NCBI GenBank assembly: GCA_047495785.1 | Contig: JBLDXI010000033.1 | Location: forward strand, 434,001-498,000 | Direction: 5' to 3' | DNA from: Lepidodermella squamata | Taxonomy: Eukaryota; Animalia; Gastrotricha | DNA: 64,000 nt | Shown here: positions 25,901-36,492 of the stretch, one piece after another | Numbering within the stretch: position 1 is the first letter of the stretch | Layout: each line of letters opens with the position of its first letter | Position numbers and translations under genes: made by a program | Notes under the pieces: generated by a model | Databases searched by the model: none | The model's input: only the letters and a program-made list of their open reading frames with translations | What the model was told of the DNA's origin: nothing

Positions 25901-26415
25901 CGAAAAGCGATTGCCGATCGAATCCAGTCTTAAGAAGGATCTCATCGAAATGGTCAACAAAGGCACCATTCCAGAAGCTTATCGCTCAGTCATAATGGCT
26001 TACGAAGAAGACGCAGACAAACCTACTGCTTGTAGCATTGACGCTAAACCTCCGCCGTGACATTACGCCCTCGAAACTTGGATGGATATGACTACTTGAA
26101 AGCGTTTCAAAATTATTAAAACAAGCTTATTGTTGAGAGTTTGAACTGTGTTTTACTCCAGCTGTCTAAGAACGATTCAGTCCATGAGTTTCTGAAACGT
26201 TTCCTCCATGATTATCTCGGAATTCCCAGCGCAGATACCTCAGAATGACCGCAGTATCGAAGATATTTGTTGGTCATTATTTGTCCAGTACATATATTTT
26301 TTCACACAGAATACAATGGGCTGTATCTTACTACATGAGTGCGTAGTACTATATATAGTGCGTAGTACTCTGGATAGGAATTTTTTCATTGGCTCCTTAT
26401 AGCGCAAAATCATCG
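22928..26415 (+). mobile_element. Autonomous-looking Sola1-like cut-and-paste DNA transposon (3488 bp)
   Basis: TIRs cgatggttttgcgcta (22928-22943) and tagcgcaaaatcatcg (26400-26415) match 15/16. ACTT is duplicated at 22924-22927 and 26416-26419. The element carries an internal transposase ORF. Confidence 0.88.
24165..26060 (+). CDS. DDD transposase, Sola1-like
   Basis: 631 aa uninterrupted; motifs SHY..YL..L..MHRMY, PKKDTC..C, QFDMQ, CFMWDQTEGGRGTDEVGSCL, WSDSTGSQNK, GHSQMECDSVHATIE. Upstream exons are possible. Confidence 0.85.
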   Translation: MTDNDHWLKQFPPRIVDSRHRPSKQAMERKRKRNSGKPYRQSDKGVSAKFNSGRKPVYFKCGCWRKCSLKFNENSVKQCFNTYWSRASIDARRAFINRYVSYKQKRENGPRRFDYYLPGNYLATPSPSQSRDSIEVCRSFFLKALDETRAFINTTVEKKVEDGFYIIPDQRGRHKPPNTTSDNSYKFVYQHITSFERLDSHYARSQTSKQYLGSALNLKEMHRMYCIAHQNWALRTDEKPVKYATYRSIFKRSFPNLAFSHPKKDTCKKCTRFATLPDELFTHEVIVEKRNHESNRDAARDAKNADKILAKQSKGLILCIQFDMQSILESPCCSIMYKKKFHTSNLTFYDTSSKDVYCFMWDQTEGGRGTDEVGSCLYKFITEMIPDEVEQLILWSDSTGSQNKSQYIVNALFAALSNSKGNLKVIDHKFFEPGHSQMECDSVHATIEREAKKRVNISYSKEWREIVAASRKAPIDADLRLEVYGEETPNRLKVKPYSITEMQFASFFSFDKSPKFAQYLQDEQKNDVKWSEPCWFRYEKDYPNYLQTKKTFDLAFHTFVAKRYNKDVILFPFLLVQKYEKRLPIESSLKKDLIEMVNKGTIPEAYRSVIMAYEEDADKPTACSIDAKPPP

Positions 26416-27290
26416 ACTTCTGGGAGCCAAATTTTCATCATGCTAACACTCTTTCTCATTTTGGATTAGCGGATGGTTTTGTCCGAAGAATCTTCTCGAA
26501 GACGAAATCGGCAGATAACATCGAGTTCAACCTGAAATTCTACGGCTCCTTCTTCTCCAAGTGCGACATGGATTTCAGTTACTTCCCATTTGATCAAGCG
26601 AACTGTTCGTTGATGTTTACAATCCAAGAAAATGCTGATTCGGTTTTTATCAACGAGGCTCACTGGTTTGAGGTTGATAAATGGGCGAAAGAGATAAAAG
26701 AAGATTGGGAAATCAGCTCCTGGTCAAATTGGACGACTGGGAATACTTCAAGTCGGAGCAGTGCTGTTTTCCTGTTACATTTTCAACGAAATCCTGACTA
26801 CTATGTGTCTCATGTAATGGCACCTTGCGTCTTTCTAGCGGCTCTGGAGTTGATGGGCTTCATGCTGGATCCCATTTCAGCTGATCGGCCGAGCTTCATG
26901 ATGAGTGCCCTACTGGCTCAGACTGTTTTTCAATCTCAGATTATGACTGTAGTCCCTGTAAAACCGGATAGAATTTTCCTAAGCAATTACACTGATTTTT
27001 GCGTTCTTTTCTCATGGTTTTGTACTGTCTATGGACTTGTGGCTAGCGGAGTGTGTGCAGCTTGGCGAGATCGATTTTACAGCGAAACTAAGATCGGTAA
27101 AACCGGTTTGGTAATTTCAAGAATTCGAATTATTGACTTTGCTGTAGCAAGTCTCGCATTTGCCTTATTCCTTATAATCAATGTCTACGCGATTTCCGTT
27201 GCGAATGCAGCTAAAAAATAAACTGAGCATAAATGAAAGTTAAACAAAACAGTTTTTGAACGTCATTGGATATAGAGATTATATTCAGAC

Positions 27291-28484
27291 ATGGAGCTGT
27301 TCTACTTTATGCTCTTCGGCCTTCCTGTTAGTATTTCAGTACCCACGACTTCCGATTCAAAGATTAATGAGAAAGTGGATGATTACTTGGCTAATCAAGT
27401 TCCAGTTTCAAAACTGAGGACTGCGTTGAGTGCCGAACTTTTACAGGCGTGTCCTAAATTGTCACCTCAATGGTACGCCCCAGATTGTCCTCGATCAAAG
27501 AATTGCAACGCAACAGAGCTGAGAGCCCAATTCCTACCTCGATATTTTCACGACATTAGTGACCTGGACGAATCGATGGCTATCTCAGGCTCTTTTTCAG
27601 TATCGTGGGAAGTTGTATGCCCTGACTTGAAGCCTGGTTTCAGTGCATCGCTGATTAATGTGAACGAAGAGGACTTTTGGACACCTTATGTCACGCATAC
27701 CAATACAATATCAGATTTTGGAATGCTGGAAGGCTTTTTTCGCCGATTTTATATAACTTTTGAAACTAAAAAGACCTTGGTTTTCAACTTGAATATGTAC
27801 GGACTTTACCATACGCTGTGCGACATGAGTTTCACTGCGTTCCCATACGACTCAGCGAATTGTACCTTGCAATTCAATGTTGAAACTGCTAATCACGTGG
27901 TAAGATACAACAGCTCGAAGTGGAGCGTGAACATGGAAGGCTGGGCTTCTAATTTGGACACGACTTGGTTTCTGAAAAAGTGGGAGACCAGAGTGGATTA
28001 CAGACCAAACACAGAATATCGAAGTTTTGTTGTGTTCTCACTGATTTTCTATCGGAACCCATCTTACTACATTACTCATCTTATGATACCCTGTGGTATG
28101 TTGGCTGCTCTAGAAATTGCGGCCTTCATGCTGGACCCAATTCAACCCGACCGCCCTGCTTTCATGTTAACGATTTTGTTAGCAGAAACTGTATTTCAAG
28201 CGCAGATAATGGATAGAATCCCAGCTAAGCCTGACAGGTCTTTTCTGAATAACTATACCGACTTGTGCGCGATTTTTTCGTGGATTTGCGCGGTTTATGG
28301 CCTTGCATCTTGTGGCGTGTGTAGGGCGTGGAAAACCTGGTTCTATAATGAAATCAGATTTTGCAAGGCCTTGAATGTCACGAAGGCGAGAATAATAGAC
28401 TCAGTAGCTTGTTCAATCTCGATAGCCGGGTTCATTGGTATCCACCTATACGCGATTGGATTTGTCTTATCGGCAGATCAATAA
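27291..28484 (+). CDS. Divergent intronless Cys-loop ligand-gated ion channel subunit (subgroup A)
   Basis: 397 aa; signal peptide; Cys-loop CDMSFTAFPYDSANC; M2 PDRPAFMLTILLAETVFQ. Confidence 0.92.
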   Translation: MELFYFMLFGLPVSISVPTTSDSKINEKVDDYLANQVPVSKLRTALSAELLQACPKLSPQWYAPDCPRSKNCNATELRAQFLPRYFHDISDLDESMAISGSFSVSWEVVCPDLKPGFSASLINVNEEDFWTPYVTHTNTISDFGMLEGFFRRFYITFETKKTLVFNLNMYGLYHTLCDMSFTAFPYDSANCTLQFNVETANHVVRYNSSKWSVNMEGWASNLDTTWFLKKWETRVDYRPNTEYRSFVVFSLIFYRNPSYYITHLMIPCGMLAALEIAAFMLDPIQPDRPAFMLTILLAETVFQAQIMDRIPAKPDRSFLNNYTDLCAIFSWICAVYGLASCGVCRAWKTWFYNEIRFCKALNVTKARIIDSVACSISIAGFIGIHLYAIGFVLSADQ

Positions 28485-28605
28485 TGGAGCTGATTGTCTA
28501 ATCAATTTCAGCAAATAATTACCTCTGTCAATATTTAAGGAGTGTCTCTTAGAAAAATACCCAAGACTCTGTTTATATTGTTATTAAAGCAATAAAAAAT
28601 GAAAT

Positions 28606-29784
28606 ATGAACCTCGGCGTGATACTAATCGAGCTGGTAAGCATCTTTCAGGTGAGCATCTCTGGCGAAAGCGCTGATGAACTGTTGGCTAACTGCTCGAA
28701 GGTTCACGGCGAAGTTTACTCACCTACTTGCATCGACGGGAGGACGCATTTCGACCCATTCAATGGTGTTTGCGAGAAGACCTACTGCGACATTCGATTC
28801 AGACCCGAAAAATTTCATGAAATCGATGATTTACGTGAGGTTTTAGTTCTATCTGGCTCCGTGAAGATTTACTGGTATGTGAACTGCCCGACATACCATA
28901 AAACCGGCTACAACGACGAATTCTCATTCAATATTCCCGATGACGGCAGCGTATGGCGCCCTACTCTGAATCACCACAACTCAGTCGATAATCGTGGGAT
29001 GAACGGCGATGGGTACGCTACAAGATTCTACATGAGCTACTTAGTACCCGACCGCCGACTTCAGTTCTTATGGCAAAGGTTCGGTCTATTCGAGTCAACA
29101 TGTTCCATGGACTTCCAAGCCTTCCCTTTCGACTCTCAAACTTGTACAATCGATTTTACGATTTTAGAAAACTCCAGGGCTGTTGAGCTCTACTTCACTA
29201 GACCTGCCGATAAACACTTCCCTGAAGAATTCTTAACAGACGGCCATTGGTGGACTTTTGTTGACATTTCCGAGAATCTCACTGAGATCGACATTGAAGG
29301 CAATCGAAGTATGGCTTATTTCACGATTAAATTCCAAAGAAAACCGCAACTCTATGTATATGCTTTGATGATCCCTGCGAGTATCTTATCGAGTTTACAG
29401 CTCTTCCTATACGCAATGCCGGCAGCAATTCCTGACAGACCGATGATTTCAGTGACGATTCTTCTAGCTTTGACTGTTCTTCAGTCTTCTGTGATCAGCC
29501 GCGTCCCCCCAAAGCCATATCGAATATTTCTGATGAATTATACGGATTTTTGTACTCTTCTGTCGTGGGCTTGTACAATATACACTGTGGTGACCTGTGC
29601 GATAGCGCGAGACAAGGCTGAATGGTTCAACGGGCCCGGACGCCGCGGCTTCTGGCCCAACTGGTTGAAAAGAGGTCGCAGTATTGACATTGTGTCGTTT
29701 TCAGTGACTCTTCTGCTTTTCCTCGCTATTATTGGATACGCCGTTGATACAGCGCGACACGAGGGCTATGTTTTGCTAACTTAA
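28606..29784 (+). CDS. Divergent intronless Cys-loop ligand-gated ion channel subunit
   Basis: 392 aa; signal peptide; Cys-loop CSMDFQAFPFDSQTC; M2 PDRPMISVTILLALTVLQ. Confidence 0.92.
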   Translation: MNLGVILIELVSIFQVSISGESADELLANCSKVHGEVYSPTCIDGRTHFDPFNGVCEKTYCDIRFRPEKFHEIDDLREVLVLSGSVKIYWYVNCPTYHKTGYNDEFSFNIPDDGSVWRPTLNHHNSVDNRGMNGDGYATRFYMSYLVPDRRLQFLWQRFGLFESTCSMDFQAFPFDSQTCTIDFTILENSRAVELYFTRPADKHFPEEFLTDGHWWTFVDISENLTEIDIEGNRSMAYFTIKFQRKPQLYVYALMIPASILSSLQLFLYAMPAAIPDRPMISVTILLALTVLQSSVISRVPPKPYRIFLMNYTDFCTLLSWACTIYTVVTCAIARDKAEWFNGPGRRGFWPNWLKRGRSIDIVSFSVTLLLFLAIIGYAVDTARHEGYVLLT

Positions 29785-30303
29785 ACATTGCTTTGTCAAC
29801 TGAATGAGCAAATAAACGCTATGATAACAGTCTCCTAATAAGAAATTAGTCGTTATTCTGGAGATGCACCGACATTTCAGCCTACGTAAATTAAGCTGAA
29901 ATTTCTGATGACGACTGATGCGACTTCAGTGGTCTCAACATCAATAACCTCAATCAAGGCTTGGTAACCGACAAATAGCATTACTGCGAATCTGAAGCTA
30001 AAAATGCTATGAAAAGCCTATTAATAAACCTTAATTATTTATGTTTTTCCTATGCAGGCAATCAACTAGTCCGTTATAATGTGAGACATAGGATGATAGA
30101 GCAATCTGAAAATGACCTCAAAGACCATACGTGCACGGCGAATTGTGGACACGTGATTGAGAGCAATCATTAGTTGTCAAGATTCAACAAGGCGTGAAAT
30201 ATTTATCTAATAAATGCATTCAAGCTATGACCGCAATAGCGGGCTCGGCCTCATTTGTTCTGCCTTTTACGAAATTTTATCAAAAACAAAATAATCATAA
30301 AAC

Positions 30304-31458
30304 ATGACCGCATTGAGATGGACAGCATTTTGGATGTCTGTCGCCTATCCAATGTTCGAGGCCTCACAGTTTGAAGTTAAAAGCAACGAGCTTCTCAACA
30401 ATTGTAGCTTCTTTTCAAAGGAATCTTACAGCCCAACATGTCCGGAAGGGAAGATGTTCCTGGATCCTCCGAATAAATCGGCGTGTTGTAGTACGAACGT
30501 CGATCTTCGGCTTCAGGTCGACGAGTTCTACGAGCTCAACGATAAAGAAGAATCATTCAGCTTATCTGGCGTTTTACGATTCAGCTGGCGAGTTAACTGC
30601 CACTCATACTATCAGCAAGATGAAGTCCGCTTCTACCCAGATGATCAGCTTTATTGGAAGCCATTGGTTAATCAAATCAATGGCGTCGAAAATGTTGGCT
30701 TGGACGGCGATGGTTTGACCTCAAGGTTCTTTGTTCGGATTCTCGGAAGTGAAATTAAATTTGCTTGGCAGCACTACGGCATCTTCACCTCGAACTGCAA
30801 TATGGACCTATCTTTCTATCCATTCGACGAGCAACTATGCGATATTCGATTTCTTATCCAAAGTTTGTCATCGGCCGTAGACTTTCAGAGCGTATTCATC
30901 GACGTATCACCAGATTTTTTGACACTCGGAAGTGGGTGGAGCTTAACAAATGCATCTTCAAGTCGCGACCATGTAGACTTGGACGGCCACAGGGGAGTTG
31001 CTGTTTTTAGCATGGTTTTTCGACGAAATCCCTCGTACTACGTTTACAATTTGATGCTACCCTCCTGCCTGTTATCCCTACTGGAAATTCTATGCGTTTT
31101 AATGAGTCCTGCCTTACCTGATCGGCCAATGTTCGCAGTTACGATTCTTCTAGCTCTGGTTTTTGTCCAAGGCCAAATTTTAGCCGGTGTCCCAGCGAAA
31201 CCAACCCGAATTTTCATCAGCAACTACACCGACCTCAGTGCTCTGCTGTCATGGCTGTGCACCATATATTGCATGGTCAGTTGTTGGTATACAAGATCGT
31301 GGCGGATGTATTTCAAGCAGCCGATCAAATTTGGCCTTGGTGTCGCATTGAGCCTTCGAAGGTTTATCGATTTTACAGTCTTGACAAACCTAGCATTGCT
31401 TTACGTTTGTATAAATTTGTATGCGCTAAGCATAGCTTCCGGCCAAGGCTATATTTAG
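30304..31458 (+). CDS. Divergent intronless Cys-loop ligand-gated ion channel subunit
   Basis: 384 aa; Cys-loop CNMDLSFYPFDEQLC; RRNPSYY; M2 PDRPMFAVTILLALVFVQ. Confidence 0.92.
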   Translation: MTALRWTAFWMSVAYPMFEASQFEVKSNELLNNCSFFSKESYSPTCPEGKMFLDPPNKSACCSTNVDLRLQVDEFYELNDKEESFSLSGVLRFSWRVNCHSYYQQDEVRFYPDDQLYWKPLVNQINGVENVGLDGDGLTSRFFVRILGSEIKFAWQHYGIFTSNCNMDLSFYPFDEQLCDIRFLIQSLSSAVDFQSVFIDVSPDFLTLGSGWSLTNASSSRDHVDLDGHRGVAVFSMVFRRNPSYYVYNLMLPSCLLSLLEILCVLMSPALPDRPMFAVTILLALVFVQGQILAGVPAKPTRIFISNYTDLSALLSWLCTIYCMVSCWYTRSWRMYFKQPIKFGLGVALSLRRFIDFTVLTNLALLYVCINLYALSIASGQGYI

Positions 31459-31848
31459 AATGCGACCAGGCCTGACCTATGGCCTCACACTTGATTACAA
31501 GACAGCTCCCTTCGAGCCGGTCCCAGGAACAATAAATTATCTTCTCGAAAACTACATTTTCACCAAGTTGAATGTTTCGTGCACGTTTGGGACCTGGGCG
31601 TTAGCAGTCTAGAAACTGGCAATAAAAGGTCGAAAGCAATTGATTACCCGTGGGAAAGGGCGTCAATTATAGATTATATGATTTATTAATCAGATCACTA
31701 CATCAACAAATCAGAATCAATTCGATATTCTCGTATGTTAGCTCTTGAGCTGCTAAGCAACCATTATAATGCGAGAGACATGCCTTTTTGTTATTCGTGT
31801 ATATAAAATACGAGCGAGGTTCGGCTATTTTGCCGTTGGGAAATCGTA

Positions 31849-32979
31849 ATGCTAACTCAATGCTTTCTCCTGACTGCTCTTTTTGTCGAATCGAGCTTTA
31901 CAAGCAGAGCAGATGTACTTTTAGCGAAATGCCCTGACTTGAACAAAGAATCCTACTCCCCTTCTTGTCCTGAAGGAACACTGCCGAACGTAGCGACTGA
32001 TCCACCATGTAAGCAGACTCTTGTAAATCTTCAACTGAGACTCGATGAATTCCACGAGATTAGAGACAAGGAAGAAACGCTTCAGGTTACTGGCTCAATC
32101 GTAGCAGACTGGGCTATTCAATGCCCCGAATACAGTAATAGAGACGGGGTGACATTTAACGTGGATGGCGAAGTCTTTTGGCGGCCGAAAATCCATCACG
32201 CGAATGCTTTGAAAGTTTACGGCATGAATGGCGACGCATTCGCTCGCCGCTTTTGGATCAAGATTGAAAATGGGAGCACAGTTCATTTCTACTATCAAAT
32301 TTTCGGCGCTTTCGAGTCATCCTGCGATCTTGACCTCACCTACTACCCGTTCGACATTCAAGATTGCGGATTAGTTTTCTCTCTTGAAAGCAATGATCTA
32401 TCTACAGCTTTTGGGGCAATTACGTACAAAGCTGATGACGACTTCGTGGGTCAAGGCGATGCTTGGGAGTATAAAGAGTCGAAAATCGGCTTGGTTGATG
32501 AAACCGATGATCAGATAAGTTTTGCGGCTTATAACTTCAAATTTCGCCGGCTGCCCAACTTTTACGTCGATAGCCTCATGATACCATCATTCCTTCTCAC
32601 CTTACTACAACTCGCCAAGTTCGGCCTGCCGCCAGAACAAGCGGATCGGTCCCTCTTTTCAGTCTCCGTGGTTATTGCGCTAACCCTGGTTCAAGGTTTG
32701 ATATTGGACGACGTTCCTGATAAGCCGCAGCGAATTTTTGTTGCAAACTACTCTGATGCATGTCTATATCTGTCATGGTCTTGCAATATGTACAGCTTGA
32801 TAATAGCATTCATCGCAGAAAGATGGGAGAGTCGTATGGGCAAGGAGATGAAATTTGGTTGCTTCAAAATGGTCGCAGTGAGATTTATAGACTTTGTCGC
32901 ATTTCTAGTCATATTGACAGCTTTTATTATAATTAACGTGTATGCTATGGTTATATCTAGATTGACATATAACTGGTAA
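31849..32979 (+). CDS. Divergent intronless Cys-loop ligand-gated ion channel subunit (subgroup C)
   Basis: 376 aa; Cys-loop CDLDLTYYPFDIQDC; M2 ADRSLFSVSVVIALTLVQ. Confidence 0.92.
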   Translation: MLTQCFLLTALFVESSFTSRADVLLAKCPDLNKESYSPSCPEGTLPNVATDPPCKQTLVNLQLRLDEFHEIRDKEETLQVTGSIVADWAIQCPEYSNRDGVTFNVDGEVFWRPKIHHANALKVYGMNGDAFARRFWIKIENGSTVHFYYQIFGAFESSCDLDLTYYPFDIQDCGLVFSLESNDLSTAFGAITYKADDDFVGQGDAWEYKESKIGLVDETDDQISFAAYNFKFRRLPNFYVDSLMIPSFLLTLLQLAKFGLPPEQADRSLFSVSVVIALTLVQGLILDDVPDKPQRIFVANYSDACLYLSWSCNMYSLIIAFIAERWESRMGKEMKFGCFKMVAVRFIDFVAFLVILTAFIIINVYAMVISRLTYNW

Positions 32980-33053
32980 ATTGGCCCGTTGTATTCTTCC
33001 ATATTGCGTGTTCGCAGTGTAGATTTTCTGCAGTAAAGCTATTTGTGCTGGAA

Positions 33054-33125
33054 AATTTGAGTTTTTTCCCCTCAAATTAACGCGAACTTTGTTTGCACTG
33101 GTAAGCTCGCTGCCGCTCTGCAAAC
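33054..33125. promoter_or_regulatory. Conserved upstream element with an 8-bp inverted repeat (copy 1)
   Basis: aatttgag-N9-ctcaaatt (33054-33078) followed by gaacttt..cactgg..ctctgcaaaca; shared with 38715-38781. Confidence 0.45.
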
Positions 33126-33223
33126 AGGAGTTCATAAAGCATTTTTTCTAGAATTATACATTGTTTGCTTAGCCTTTGGTGTAGAGTGGAGGGTCATTCA
33201 GACCTGTGTTTTCAAATCGAAAA

Positions 33224-34360
33224 ATGCGGCTCCACGCAATTCTTTTAGCACTGATCTCACCCGTTTTAGGTGGAGCCACTGATAGGGCGGATGAGTTGCT
33301 TTCAATTTGTCCGCAGGTCAGTCAGGAATCGTATGCTCCTAACTGCCCTGAAGGTATAGTTTCATCCAACTCAAGTGGGCAGCAATGCTACAAGACTATC
33401 ATCAATTTGTATCTTAAACTGGACGAATTTTACGAAATCAAGGATAAGGAAGAAAGTCTTCATGTTTCCGGGTCAATTCTACTTGATTGGACTGTCAACT
33501 GCCAGGGCTATTCAAAAGCAGAGGGGACAACTTTCTACATAGATCCAAATGTATTCTGGCAACCTGAAATATTCCACTCAAATGCGAAAGAGCTTTTCGG
33601 AATGACAGGCGATTCGTTCGCGCGAAGATTCTGGGTCGAAGTGCAGAATGGCAGCCGCCTACATTTTTTCTATCAGATCTTCGGTGTGTTCGAGTCATCT
33701 TGCGCGCTAGATCTTACCTATTACCCATTTGACAAACAAGAATGTGGCTTGATTTTCTCGATCGAAAGTAATGATCTTTCAACTGGCTTCGGAACTGTCA
33801 ATTATAAGGTTCGCGATGGGTTCATAAGCATGGGCGATGGTTGGGATTTCAAGGAGGCAAAAGTTGGCATTTTGGACGAGGATGACGATCAGCGGAGCTA
33901 CGCGATATACTCATATAAATTCCGAAGAAGCCCAGAGTTTTTCATATCAAATTTAATGGCTCCTTCTTTTCTTCTGTCCCTCCTTCTTCTAGCCATGTTC
34001 TGCGTCCCCCCGGAGGAAAGTGCTGATCGCGGTATTTACTGTGTTTCAGTTCTAATTGCCTTAACCTTGGTGCAAGGTTTGATTCTGGACGACATTCCCG
34101 ATAAGCCGAAGAGAATATTCATGGCTAACTACACCGATGCGTGTGCTCTGTGGGGATGGCTAATCTGCTTTCATTGCATGATAATCGTTCTCGTCTCACG
34201 GCTATTGGGCGAGAAAAAAGAGAAGAAAATAAGCATATGTAAATTTTCGTTCACTTTGGTCGAATTCATTGATTTCATCGTCTTCAATATTATGCTGATC
34301 ATTTTCACTATTATCAACATTTATGCTATGGTTGTCTCACGTTATCCCTATGATTGGTAG
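33224..34360 (+). CDS. Divergent intronless Cys-loop ligand-gated ion channel subunit (subgroup C)
   Basis: ATG 33224 (MRLHAILLAL signal peptide); Cys-loop CALDLTYYPFDKQEC; near-duplicate of the 38885 gene. Confidence 0.92.
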   Translation: MRLHAILLALISPVLGGATDRADELLSICPQVSQESYAPNCPEGIVSSNSSGQQCYKTIINLYLKLDEFYEIKDKEESLHVSGSILLDWTVNCQGYSKAEGTTFYIDPNVFWQPEIFHSNAKELFGMTGDSFARRFWVEVQNGSRLHFFYQIFGVFESSCALDLTYYPFDKQECGLIFSIESNDLSTGFGTVNYKVRDGFISMGDGWDFKEAKVGILDEDDDQRSYAIYSYKFRRSPEFFISNLMAPSFLLSLLLLAMFCVPPEESADRGIYCVSVLIALTLVQGLILDDIPDKPKRIFMANYTDACALWGWLICFHCMIIVLVSRLLGEKKEKKISICKFSFTLVEFIDFIVFNIMLIIFTIINIYAMVVSRYPYDW

Positions 34361-36492
34361 CTCTCGGAGAAATGATGCTTTTAGTAAAGGGTCGATAATA
34401 TTATTCTCCACCTTAATTAGTAAAAATTTGATTAAGTATCTGATTACATATTCTGATTGAATGGCGTCGCATGATTCGTGCTGCTGAATGCTTTTGATAA
34501 GTTTCAGTTTAGTTATTGTTTCAAAAATATCCGGCCGTATAGTGCGTCACTATTCTCCTTTGGGGCACGAGGAACATTTCACATTCTCATAGTTGCTTCC
34601 ATGGTAGCTAAAAAAGAATTTCTCCTTTGAAGTATGCGTTTTTGTCGCCAAAGGACTCGCAATATGTGATTGTGAATAATTTATTATTGATAGTTTGCGT
34701 CACTTCTTTATGAAGTCTTGAAGCTGAAGAGTGAAAGTGAGTACTCAACGGGAAAATAAAGCCAGTGCTAACCCTTAATGTTTGCTTTCTTTATGGTCCT
34801 ACGATAGCAGACAGGGAGCTTGGCACTCCTAATTGCTCTCAAACAACCGTGTATATTCACTTCACCTCACACCAAATTAACCATTTGAAAACAAGGATGA
34901 AAACGATGAGGGTCACGCCATCAATTTCGGCCATGTCACTCTTGATATTAGGCATGACTTCGTCGGATTTAAAAGGATATCAGGGCTCTTGATGATGCAG
35001 CAGCCCTAATTCCTAATTGTTGGCGAAAATATTCCGAGAGCTATGATTTCAAACTAAGGATAAGATCCCGCATTTTTAGCCTGCAATCAGATGCTTCCTT
35101 CATGCGTCGTCTCAAGCTTTGAGATAGCTGCACTTTCAATACCAACTTCCCTACCAGACCGCCCACCGCTTTAGTTATTCACATTTTCCTAAAATCATTA
35201 ATTTATAAAACTAAAAAATATATTTATGTTTTAGGTAGATTTGGCTAGAGGATGAGGCAGGATGATAAAAGACTGCAATCAGACTGACCTGAAGAAGATA
35301 AATAAAATCAAAATCCGATTACATCGGTCTTCTTGAATTCTTAGTTACAGCTCCCAGAAGAGTCTAAAAATACTCCAGAACACTAAATACTCAGGTGCAG
35401 GTACTGAGCAGGTACTGAGGAAGATGGAAATTTTCTGTGTCGCACTATAAATGCGCTATAATGCTGGTACAAATCTTATTTACGTACGATCACATCCCTC
35501 ATACGATCATAATTACTTGATATAATTAGAAGTTTTAAATGAATCAAAACCGCTTGTAATTAATCGTTATTGTTTGCCAAACAATTTCACTGTTATAAAT
35601 AGCTTTGGATTTAGAAATAAATCCAACTCGTATCGTCATAAATCTGGGACTTGTACTCTGCTTACCTACAGAATCCCAGAATGAGCAATTTTATTCGCCT
35701 ATTTATGCCGAGGTTTCAAGGTGTAATATCGCAAGGCAACTTGCATAAATGAGCAATTTGGGTATGCGCATGAGTGTCAGTACGCACATCAAAATCTAAC
35801 TCGCTAAAATTGCGTTCTCAAATTCTATCTGGAACTCTGTGGGCGGGCGGTCATATTCAGCTGCTGATGTACAAGGCACGACTTGATTTGCGTGACCTCC
35901 TGAAAAAAACAGCACAACTCATGTAACCACAGGCGATGCTCGTTTCGCTACGTAATTACACATAAGACAAACGTTAATATTGCCCCAGGAGACGCCTATA
36001 ATCCCAATATGCATGTCTAAGTTGTTTGCTGCAAATAATAATGCGACTCAAAAAATAGGAAATTTTATCCGAGGAGATGCCCCGGCGGAATAGATTTTAG
36101 AGGACTTCTTGACCACTTTAGGAACCTATCGAACGCCAATTCCAATACTTTTCGTACTTTAGTCTGCAATGTTAAATGCATTGTTTACAGCTAGTTTGAG
36201 CCTTAGTTGTCAAGCGTTGTTGTTCTGCCCTTTCGTAGGTCAGATTTCACTACAGTGTTTTCCTTCTTTCGTACTTGTCGGTTTAACGTAATGATGGGGA
36301 ACTGTTAAAGGTTAGAGTATTCGGTTCAAATGATGAAGCGTAATGCGACAAAAAGATTCGATAAGTCGCGTAAGGTGGGACTAGCTGCACGACTTCCTCC
36401 ACTAAAACAACCTCCTCTGGGGCCTTATATTATTGTGAATTTTCGCGCCTTCCATAGGATATTGAGAAACCTTAGCGATATTTGCCTATTCA

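Larger units (their letters stand above)
22584..27221 (+). pseudogene. Cys-loop receptor subunit gene (subgroup A-related) interrupted by a DNA transposon
   Basis: The 5' part 22584-22927 ends in ...NLRDGD and the 3' part 26420-27221 continues FWEPNFHHAN...CDMDFSYFPFDQANC...M1-M4. Joining them gives one 1146-nt stop-free frame (381 aa). Confidence 0.92.

Noticed and set aside
22584-27221. ORFs 22584-22982 and 26568-27221 as two independent short genes (a secreted binding protein and a TM-only protein)
   Set aside because: They are two halves of one gene separated by a TIR/TSD-bounded transposon, and they rejoin in frame.
34361-36492. 2.1 kb intergenic region with short ORFs and a small gcaggtactga duplication
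   Set aside because: I could not find a coherent exon chain, terminal repeats or receptor homology by eye.
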